Of a stretch of 64,000 bases of DNA, positions 10,601 to 22,600 are shown piece by piece. Both the position numbers and the translations under genes were made by a program. Every line of letters starts with the position of its first letter. Positions within the stretch are counted from its first letter, which is position 1. The DNA comes from Mytilus edulis (taxonomy: Eukaryota). The notes beneath the pieces are model-generated. The model was not told the origin of the DNA, searched no databases, and saw nothing but the letters and a program-made list of their open reading frames with translations. The stretch is taken from the NCBI RefSeq assembly GCF_963676685.1, contig NC_092350.1, forward strand, positions 8,928,001 through 8,992,000, written 5' to 3'.

Positions 10601-13600
10601 GACCTTGATCTCAATTTCAATGTCATAAACTAAGGACCTCAAGTCAAGAGATCCTAGGTCCATAATATGTAAGGATAATGAGTTATATCACTTAACGCAT
10701 TTTTCTAAATATAAAAGGGGAGAAAACTCCAATTTACAGTCAATGACCCTCGCTATTGAAATTTAAGTGTTAATTCATGTCACTACTAACAATTTAGTAA
10801 AGATAATTTGTCGATATCGTTTACGGTTATTGAAAATAAGTGAAAATAAGCCAAAATAAAAATTTAGAAAATGACCTTGACCTTGACCTAATTTTCATAT
10901 TTTTGGACTAAGGACCTCAAATCTAAAGACATTAGGTCTCTATCACTTATGGTTTACCAGTTAGAAATGCATATTACTTATTTCAAACATAAAAGGGGGG
11001 GAAACTGTCATATGGAATCTATATACGGCTTCGGTCAAAATAAAACAGAACATCCTGAGGATATAACGAGCAATTTGATAAAATAAATTTGTCGGTTTCT
11101 TATACTGTTGCAAAGCCTTTGAGATCACAAGAAAAACAGTGTTTGGGGAGATAACTCTTATATGGGAAAGTATTCGGTTAAGCGGTGACAGTTTCAAAAA
11201 CGTATAAACTGTTCGATATCAAATTCCAAATATCTAAGCGACATCTTGCAAAACAAAAAAAAACAGCGAAGGAAAAAAATTAGGTGGAAGAAAAAAAAAT
11301 AATAACAATCAGAAGAAAACCAATAGGTCTTTCCACGGAAAAAATAATGCATAAGAGACTTACATTAATTAAAACACATCCCAGGGATTTAGTGTATTAT
11401 CGCTAGGGTATTTTCCTATTTGTATTTGCTTTATATTTAAAATGCTTGTACTCACCAACTGCCCACTCACAAACATCTATTCCTGATTCAGCATCATTTA
11501 CCTCCCAGTTTGCAGATACTTCTTCTGTTGTTTGTGCGTCTATATCAGAACCTACAACAGCAGATATGCATAACTTTTATCAAATCAGAAAAAAAGCTTT
11601 AAAAATCAAATAGAATGTATTTAATGATAAAAACTTTGCAAGAAACCTTTCTACAATTCAATGTGAAAAAATATGATGCAATATTAACGACATTTACATC
11701 TTAGAATCACAACATACAATATTATCACGAAATATCAAACAAGATTTCCATCTCTTGTATGTTTCTTTGTTTAAGAAAGTGCTTTACACTAAAATAGATA
11801 ATTGAGCTATTTTTTAAATATATATTTAGTATTCCTATGATGCTGAACACACATACAATTTAATGTGCATTATATTAGGGAAAGCACTGTAATAATAAGG
11901 TAAACAATCACCACGTTTTAAATAATTGACATGTAGTAAAGGCATGATCAATTACCTGTTTTTGTTGTCTAATTGCATTTCATTCAATACAATCATCTAA
12001 AACAAGTGATATTTTATGCACCAAATTTTCACACTTCAACCTCATATCTAGCATATTTTCTATTATTTTTTATATTGATTAGTACACAAACCTATGCCAT
12101 CATTAACAAATCTAATATCTGGTGCTGTTAAATCTACGAGAAGATCCTCCGCGTGCGCTTCTCTTCTTAATCCAGCAGCATTTGTAGCAATTACAGTGAT
12201 ATGGATGACTGACGTATGAGCTAGACTGACATTATAATTATAGGCAAAGTTATTCAGACCAACACTTGTAAATCCTTGGACCTCTGTGCTTCCCTCTGTA
12301 TAGCCTAGAAAAAAGTATTTATTAAAGTTTTCAGTTGATTACACTTCAATATTTCTTCGAAAAGAATAACATATAATTACTGTTTTTTTTATTTTCAAGA
12401 CTTTTTCTTTTATCTTTAATTTGTGATGAACGCATTGCATCTGATGCTTTCTGAGGGCGGAACAGACGTCGATTCGCCATAGCAAAGTTTCAAACAAGAC
12501 ATGAATTTTCCTTTTTCTGCAATGAATGGCTATAACAATTATTATTTCTGACAACGGTGGTATACTCTTGTAAATTTTGATAAGTACTCGAGTACGTTTT
12601 TCATTTTTGATTAACAAGTTCACATTCGAATGTCTTCGTCATTCCATAAAAATGTCAATTTCTTTAACACGCTTAAGCACATTTCGATTCAGCCAGTGAA
12701 CTGCTAGGGATTATAACACTTAAAGCTCAGCCAATCATCATCTGGGATCATTGGCAACAACATGGGTCAAGAAAGGGTTAAATAATATTTACCTATAGCC
12801 CACATATAATCTACTATTGGACTTTCTGGATCAACAAAACTCCACGAGGCATGGATTGATGACCACTGATGCAGAGCCACCACATGGGCGTGAATATGTT
12901 TGCCATTTTGATTTTCTTCGTCATGGTTATGGAGAACAGTTTCCTGAATTTTTACGTCATCAAAAAGAATACCGGTATTTCCAGTCATGCTGCCAAGATT
13001 GATTGTTTCTGTTGTTGTGGACGGACGAAAGTAGAATGTATGATGGTGCCAGTTTAACTCCTTTGATGCACTTCCGTGTTTATCTTGTTTTGTATAGACC
13101 ATAAAAACGTGCCTTGTATTACCCAATTCTATATATCCCTCTTTATTTGCTAAAACAGCACCAAGAATGGGAGGATGCGCTGTTACAAAAGTCACACGAT
13201 ATAAATGTCCAACAATTAAATTGTCTAATGACTGTGATATCTGTCCTTCAACAAATATAAATGACCTTCCGTCGATAGCTACATTTTTACCAGATTTTAA
13301 AACTCCTACACAACTTCTTAATGAGTTATTCCATTGCATAGCGTAAACAAGGTTGTTGCAAAAATTTGCATTGGTAATATTGTCCCAATCAATTGCTTGA
13401 CCATTCACGTCTTCAAACGAGGGATTTGCTGCAATATTTTGATCCAAATGTTCCATAAGTGTTGGTTCTGGATGTGTAGTGTCAATCATGACGCCATTTG
13501 ATTTCGATGTTTTAGATCTATATCCTATACCGTCTACTGCATACACTAGACTTTCAACCTCCTCTCCTGTAAAAATGAAGCGATAGAAATTGTACAACGT

Positions 13601-16600
13601 CATTTTCTCATGTCGCTAGATATAAAATATATCGTATGTCAAATGACACTCGCTTGTTCTAAATTTCTTGGAATCTGTTTGTGATGGTTCCCCATATTAT
13701 AGCTTTGAATTGTGAGTCTGAATACGATATAAATGAGATAATAAAAAATAATTTGGTGACAGCAAAGGTCAAACATTGTGCGTGTGAAGTATAGAGCGAA
13801 TTTATCTTGCAGAGTATCTTAAAATGTGACATTTAATCAGGCATAGATTACCTAAGCTGAATTTGGCAAAACGTTTCGGAATTTTAGTCCTCAATGCTCT
13901 TCAATTTTGTACTTTTTTTGACCGTTTTAACTTTTTTGGATTTGAGCGTCACTGATGAGTCTTTTGTAGACGAAACGCGCGTCTGGCGTATATACAAAAT
14001 TTAGTCCTGGTATCTATAATGAGCTTGATTAGACTTACTGACATATGGAAGTGATTTGATCTTCAATCTTAAGAGCCTACCTCCATTGGTTTATACAAAA
14101 CAAATGCCAACAATAACAACTTGTTAGCTGTTGGTGACCTTCTGTTGTTGTCTGCTCTATGGTCGGGTTGTTGTCTCTTTAACACATTCCCCATTTCCAT
14201 TCTCAATTGTATTAGTGTGTTCTCTGCATTTATTTCCAGTCTTTCATTATCATTTTCTCCTTGGTTGTTCGGGCGAAAATTCTTTTTCATGTTATGTTGG
14301 GTTTTTTTTTTTGTAAAAAGAGGTAACACTGCTACTTGTGTATAAGAAAATAAAACCCGCTAACTAAACACAATCTAAATAAATGTTAGTTCACGTGTTT
14401 GCTTTCATCAAATACCAATTATAGAAATATCTAGGATGTAAGAAAATGCTATAAACTCTGTACAATTTGATCTTTAGTAGTTTTTGGCTAATCAACAGCT
14501 GTATTTCAATTCAGTATTCTTACGTTATAACCTTCCTACAATAATTTACTAAATATTACCTGTATTTATGTGTGAACTATTAAAGACCCTGGACACAGAA
14601 TGGTGAATCCCCACATTTTCCCAGTCTTTAATGTTGCAAGGTACAGAAGCAGATTTAGTTTGTACACACCACATGTAGTTTGTTATTCCTGAATCTCGAT
14701 CAGAAAACCCATGCCACGAAGCTCCGACCAATTTTGAATTATTCTGATATTCTGTGTCGTGCATTCCTAAAACCAATGATAGTACAATGATATATGCAGG
14801 CTGAAACTTTATAATATAAGGCATTTCAGTCAGACGTTTACATAAGATACAAATTATTTCTGTTATGATACTTCTTGCAGCCTCATTATGAACTTGAGGC
14901 GAGGTACTGTAGTAAAAGCACTGAGTCTTTTATGAATATGTTTTGGCTGAGCATTTACTCATTTTGTGTCATGAAATGATACTCTTTATACCTTTCTTTC
15001 GTTTTCAATAATTAGAAGACTGATGCAGTAAGCTTTTAAGTTCAGAAAACTACTAACCGAATCCATATAGTAACATTAATTATTCCCCGTAAAATTTCCA
15101 ATCGTATATTATCCTTTGTTTCAATACTGCCGATTTACAAAACTCATCTCTCTTTTAAGTAATACACACCAAAAATGTTTTGTATTTAGTTTTTAATAAT
15201 ACATGTAGTATAATTGTATTCAGTTGTTATTCACGATCACTGACCGTATTTCGTTGTAACCTTCCATATTTCTCGACAAGTTATTATTTGAAAAGGAACA
15301 GAAATGTACGTACTAGTTATTGAAAAGGGAGAATACTAAGAAGACAATGAAAAAAAAAGATAAGTGGCTACGATTTCAGAGAAGCTTTATTGTGCCATCA
15401 TTTAGAGTATATGTACCATACTCAGCACAATGAGTGCCTAATACTTCCCCTTATGAGGATATCTCCTAAGTGGGTTTTTGTATCGGGCTTTAATTTATGT
15501 AATTCACTACACAATTAAAAATTACAGAAAAAGTATGATGATTCATGATAAAACCAACAATAACAGAGATGCGAAGATTCCAAAGGGCTTTCAAACAAAT
15601 TTTCCGAAAATAGTTTGATATTGCCATGGCAAAGAACGAATGATACAAAATGACGAAAAAGAGAAAACATATAGTACAAACTAAATATTGAGCATCACGA
15701 CGCCCACATAACACAGGTGAAATCACAGATAACAGGTAAAATGAATTCCTACAATAATCATACATGTATATGAAATAATTAAAATGAAACTAGATCTGCA
15801 TTTATATATTGGTATATTCTTTATATAATACCCACCTATACCATCATAGACAGTACCAGTAACTGGTGGTAGAGAGTCAACCATGATACCGTCTGATGTT
15901 TCAGTAGCATGGATACCAGAGTAACTGTATCCTACCACATTACTGTAAAATACTTTCCCTGATGATAATGGTACTCGGCTGATGTTATGTGACGTTACTG
16001 ATCCTGGTAGATCTAATTCCACTTCATGTATATCATGACCTTTAACAAAATTTGGTTCATTATTTCTAATACAATACACAAGTGGCTAATTCGATAGTTT
16101 TAAAGCCTTACACCTCTTTTGAAAAAAAAATTACCATCTAACCAGATAATTTATGCAAAATGTCAATGTAGTGTAAACAAAATATAGTTTTAAATCATAC
16201 CTCCTGGATATGTACTAAGATACACTTTAAACTTGGCAATTATATTAGCATCATCTTTAAACACGTTTGTCCATTTGACTGTGAATGGAGCACCAGGTTT
16301 TAGATAATCAACATCCTTCTTCCAGTGACCAGGTATTTGTTCAACAACCTGTAATGGTTGGACATCGAATACGTTTTGATATAACTTATACACAAATAAG
16401 AATTCCAACAGTACAAAGATCACAATTGTGTCCATGTAGCTAATTCATGTCCATTAAGAACAGACATTTTAATAATTACAAATGAAATTTAAAGTTTAAA
16501 AACAAATAATTTAATGTTGAATGCAACACGTCTTCTGATGAGCTAACGTCGTTTCGTTTATCATATCATAGACACAATTTTGCCAGGTGACCATGACGTC

Positions 16601-19600
16601 ATCAACGTTTTTTTTATGATTTACGCCGGTTTAAAATAGAATTCAGAATTCAATCATAAGAAATAACTGGAACATTTTGTCAGTCTATTCGAAATAACAA
16701 CAAAACAATGTGGTGCCACGCGCGTTATTCAGTGTGCACTACATTTTAATGTTATTTCTTCATAGACAGAAAAAATATTACAGTCATTCCTTAAATAAAA
16801 TGTAATAAAGGTTTATATCTTAGCGCTTCGAACATTTTTTTCATTGATTATTTGTCTGCGCAATTTATTAATAAATAACTTTCAATCAAAGTACTCGTTT
16901 GAGTGAAAAATATGTATTTTTTTAATATTCGGGACGAGTAAATTTGATTTTATTGTACTAACTGCTGATCCTTTGATTTTCCGCCTAGGAAGAGGAGTTG
17001 ACATAACTAATATTCCATCTGATTTAAAGTCTGCATACGTGTCGTCATTGTACCAGGCTCTAATAAACATCGAATACGATACTGGTGATTCCTTTAACCG
17101 CTGACCTACATTTGTAAAATGATTATAAATTCATCAGTTGACAGTTAAAAGTTAAAACCACAGCTTGAACACGACAAATATATTAACAACAGTCAATAGA
17201 AAAACTGATAGGTGATGTACAGGAACCCAGCCAAAACCACACAACTGTAACATTAAGGATGAATTAAATATGATATAATAGAGACAGTCAAATAATACAA
17301 ACTGTTATGTTATAATAAGATATAATGCACCTAGAAGGGCTTTTAGTAAAAATATTTTCAAAGTCACTTGAGCTTGTTATATAAACGTATTAACGTTGAC
17401 ACCACAACTGGTAAATAGTTATACACACTATATCATCAAATAATAATCAAATTAAATATAAGCAGACTTGAATGGTTTAACCGACTAATATCCAAAGAAG
17501 AGCCAATGAAATTAAAGACACGTTCAAAAGTCAAACATAAACTGACAATGCCATTGCATAAGGCTACATATATGTAGGACTCGGAGGTGCGATGGGGACG
17601 CTGAAGTACAATGGTAACGCTGAAGTGCGATGGTCCACGCCGAACTACGATGGTCATTTCGCTGAAGTGCGATGGTTTTGTGTATGACGTTTGAATAATG
17701 TGACGTTTTCAAAATACAACATGGATTCGCAGGCAATAAAATAGGGTTTTGTAGATGAAGGTTTCATTCTTATAAAGGAAAGTAAGGGGGGAAGGAAACG
17801 AACTATTCAAGTCCCGATCAGTTTTAAGCATTACTTGTTGAGGTTACAAAAATATGTTTACACATTTTAGGCAGCAAAGCGGCTGAAAGATCAACTTGGT
17901 CACCAGATGGACTAACCAGTATTCTAAATTATTCCGCAGACTTTTTGTACGATAAATACAGTATACTAATCTAAATATTAATCTTAACTTATCTTTACGT
18001 AATCGTCACAAGATTTTATGTGGGCAATTTAATATAAAACAAATGGCTAGTATTAGCAATGTTTCAATGTTTTTGCTATATCACGTTTATATGATGTTGT
18101 TTTATTCCCGAGATAAATTCAGTCGCTCTAGTCTTATTTTTTATGGTATCAGTGTTGATTGTCTACAACATATCAGACAGAAATTGACCTGCCTAAACCT
18201 CATTTGTACATCCCAATTGGTCATCCTGAAATTTATTTTTCGTGAAATAATTGACAAGCCTCGCTATTAGTGAAGCATAGATTAACTTGTCGGTATTTTA
18301 CTTCGTGGATACTGTTTCGTCATCAGTTATATATAAATTGATGAAGAATTGTTGTGAACAATTACTAAGTTTTATATTAATATTTAAGTAAATCAGTGGC
18401 GGATCCAGAAATTTCCATAAGTGGGGTCCCGCTGACTGCCTAAAAGGGGGGGTCTCAAGTCATGCTACAGTGATTCCCTATATAAGCCCCAGAAAAAGGG
18501 ACCTGGACCTCTGCCCCCTGAATCCTCCTCTGTAAATGAGATGGACACTTCTTAGTACTTTTATAATGGACCTACACGCTGAATATTGTTTTCCCTTGAA
18601 AACCTTATTCCATACTCTGCGTGCTAAAAGGAGAATTTGAGAATTAAAAAATTAGATTAAAAATTAAAGTATTTGGTATGATCTAAATAGATATTAAACC
18701 ATCTTTCAAATTAGGGATTAATTTTCACTGTTATTAATATAAGTTAAATAAAGAAATTTAAATGTGACGTCACTTTGGGCGTTGCATTGACTATGGCTAA
18801 CAGGGCTGTGATTTTGTAATGTATTCTTTTTTTATTCTATAGCTAGCCACAACTTAAATTTAATCATGTATATCTATTATATAGTCATTTTATAAAATTT
18901 ACTGTTTGTAAAACTATGTATTATTGTTGATAATAATGATGTTTTTGTCCCAGGCGGATAACCCTGGCCTCACAACTTTTTGGAACTTTTGGTCCTCGGC
19001 GATCTTCAACTTTGTAGTTATTGCTTTCAAACTTTTTACGTTTGTGTGGACGTGGCGCGCGTCTGGCGTATACAAATATTTCTTAACCTGTTACCTTTTG
19101 ATGGCTATTATTCGTTTGTTTCTCTGTCCTATATTTTCTCCCATTTATCTGTTTATTAATTGGTACCCTGTCGTGTAATGTTGTCATTTCAATGTTATAA
19201 TTAACACTACCATTAAAGCGGGGGGTTTGGCATGACCACAAAACCAGTTTCAACCCAAAAAAATTTCATAAAATGCCCTGTACCAAGTCAGGAAAATGGC
19301 CATTGTTAAATTATAGTTCGTTTCTGTGTGTCTTACGTTTCAGTGGTGTGTCTCTGTTGTGTCGTAGTTCTCTTATATTTGATACGTTTCCCTCAGTTTT
19401 AGTTTGTAACCCGGATTTGTTTTTTCTCTATCGATTTATGAATTTTGAACAGCGGTATACTACTGTTGCCTTTATATAGCAAATACTTTTGTCAAATCTT
19501 AATTGTGTTATTTTAATGAAACAACTCATGTACATTTTGCTTTTACTCAAAGTCGTAGGTTGCCCATCGCACTAAAGTGTAATACCATCGCAAATCAACG

Positions 19601-22600
19601 TAAATTGAAAATCTTAATTGAACAGTTTTTGTGATCGACTAGTAAAATCGAGCACACATTTTACTCGACTAGTCTCGACATTGTCTCGACTGTACTTAAC
19701 TGTTCTTAACTGTACTCGACTAGGTCTCGACTTTACTCAATAAGTCTGGTTCAGTACTTGATGATCTTGGTGTAGTCTGAAATGGTCTTGACCAAGGCTT
19801 GACCTGTTTCGACCTGTCTCGACTAGTCTTAACTCAGTCTCAACCAGTCTCGACCTGTCTTGACTAGTCTTAACCTTCAAATTTAGTTTTGACTGTTGTA
19901 AATCAGCCCATCTAACTGAATTAAATATTGATCTTACAAAATTCAACCTTATTTGGTAGTTTGATTTATTGCTGTGAAATGAAAGAATCTAATTTTAGTT
20001 ATTAGCTATTTTAGTTAGATGGGCTGATATACACCAGTCAAAACTAAATTTGTGGAGGTGGAGCCTTGGTCAAGACCATTTCAAACTACACCAAGATCAT
20101 CAAGTACTGAATCACACTAAGTAAAGTAGAGATTTGGTCGAGTACACTTAACTACAGTTAAGTACAGTCGAGACAATATCGAGACTAGTCAAGTAAAATG
20201 TGTGCTCGATTTTACTGGTCGAGCACAAAAACTGGTCAATTCAGACTCTGAGCAGTTTGTAGTGGTAGATATCAACAAGTTAACGTCAAAATGTCACCAT
20301 CGCACTTCAGCGTGTTAACCACCGCACTTCAGCGTGACCATTACTACGAAAGTAGAGGGGCATTATGTTTTCTGGTCTGTGCTCCGTTCGTGCGTCCGTT
20401 CGTGCGTCCGTTCAGGTTAAAGTTTTTGGTCAAGGTAGTTTTTGATGAAGCTGAAGTCCAATCAACTTGAAACTATCGTAGGTGGGGCATAAAAAAATAA
20501 ACTTACCTCGTTTAATGTTCAATATTGCTCGATTTGTTTGTCCTGCATGATGCCAAACATCGTCGTTTAAATTATCAAAGATTCCTTCAGGTTCATCTTT
20601 ATCTGAATATCCTGCTGTCCATTCATACCTTAATCATACACATAATTTTGTAACATTTAAATCTGGGCATGGTAACTATTACAGAGAATTGTGGGAAAAT
20701 ATTTATGGTCGACAGCAATTTAAAACGTTTATGAAAAACGTTACACTTATTTATTCATTTATATACACATATTTCATTTGCCTTTTTTGTAAAAGTATAG
20801 AGTAAAAAATGTTGACGTGTATTTTCAGCATTATATCATTTGAATGACCAATGGCGTAATATCATTCAATTGCCAACTAAAACTTTGTTTAATAGACATC
20901 ACACAACTGTAGTACAACAACTAAAATATGAAATACAAACAATTTTAAATTGAAGTATGTCATTTACTATATGATTTATTTATCTCGTGAAGTAAATTCG
21001 TTAATGATGAATTGAGTTACGACGAAGAAATCTGGAAGATACCATTGTATATACTGTAATTTCTACAGTGATAACAGTATTCAAAACGTTTTGTATCTAA
21101 GGGTGATAAAGATAAATACGAGTGAGTTCAGTGGTTAGATATCAAAACCCGACCCACAATTCAAAACATACGTATTGTATGTAGTTTAAGTTATCGATTA
21201 TCTAACCAATCGTTTATCTATTCCCTAGACACCGAGATTTTCCGACAGATCTATAAAAGTCATTCCGCTATTAAAATATGAAGTAATTAAATTAAAATGT
21301 TGACCCCAAAACACTTACCACAGAGGCCTTAATCCCTGGGCTTGTATAACATGCCATTTGGCAGCCAGAGCGACATTTGATGGCGTGTACTTTATGTCAG
21401 TAAAAGGAGAAGACTCCTGGATATTTGTTATGTCGTATATGCCAAGTAGGTTGTTGTTGTTTGCTAAAGAAAAACAGGTTTGTTACTATATTATTTAAAA
21501 AGACCTTATACATGAATTTGTTTTGTATTTCATGGACTGATTGACATTATTAAATTTTCTAACCGGAGAAATGAAATATGTATTTCAAAGTTAAATAAAA
21601 TGAAGAAAATAATTCAGTTGGTTACTTTGTTCCATATTCATATTCGTCATATTTATCTTATAAATAATAACATATTGTTCATGTCAGGGCCTTTTGTAGC
21701 CGATTAAACATTTCGGTTTTCCTATTGTTTAAGATGGTATGGTAGCCTATAATATTGTATATCCACGTTCTATGATCTCTTGTTAATTATTGCAATCAGA
21801 CCACATCTCCGTTTTTTTATATTTTAGTCTATTTGTAATGATGAATAACTGACCGACCAACACTTGTAAAAATGTTTATCCACTCTTGCAAATTTCACTG
21901 AATAGTTCTTCACATTTTTCACAGAGCAAATGCAATATGTAACTACTCATTACACGCGTACGGGAAAGCCATTTGCAAAACTCGATTGTATATAAAGACA
22001 ACTTAATATTAAAACATATAAATTAAACAATATCGCTCCGAAGTTTCCTGTTAATGCACATATTTAACCTTAAAGCTTATAACACAAGTTTATAACACAA
22101 CGGGTTCCACTCGTGAAGTAGGATCTGCTTATCCTGAATGGCAAAAGAGATCGCCCCAAGATTTTGGTGCGGTTCGTGATGCTCCATTTTTAGAGTTCTA
22201 TGTTGTGATTTGTGTACTTTTGTTTGTCTGTTTCTCTTTTGGTCGTTTTTCATGTTTTGACAATGACGTTATCAGTTTGTTTTTGACTTATGTGTTTCAG
22301 GAATCTGATGTTCAAAGACTGTTTCCCACTAGTTATCGTTTTTTGAATACGAATTAGGACAACAAAACGTTAGAATAATCGGTATACATATACATCTGTA
22401 TGTTATGTAGTATTGGAAAAATTAAGCATGTGTAGCTTGCAGCTGAAATTCGCGACGGAACGAACAACTATTACGGTTAAAGAAGGGCGGACGTATTGGG
22501 CAGAGAAATAAATAAAGTAGACATAATCCTATTTGGTATATACCTTTAGTAACATCATGGCATGATCTTTTTGTGCATCGTTGACCTTGAGCAGCACACA

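Larger units (their letters stand above)
17574..20347. mobile_element. Probable DNA transposon derivative with repetitive inverted termini, hosting nested insertions
   Basis: Left end has tandem CGCTGAAGTGCGATGGT (17597-17675). Right end has the reverse complement ACCATCGCACTTCAGCG (20296-20335), with partial copies at 19563-19590. Confidence 0.55.

Noticed and set aside
16535-16560. CTGATGAG as a hammerhead core
   Set aside because: No stem II or GAAA follows; it is part of a MITE end.
18308-18330. Minus-strand CTGATGACGAAAC resembling a hammerhead core
   Set aside because: There is no room for stem II and no convincing stems I/III.
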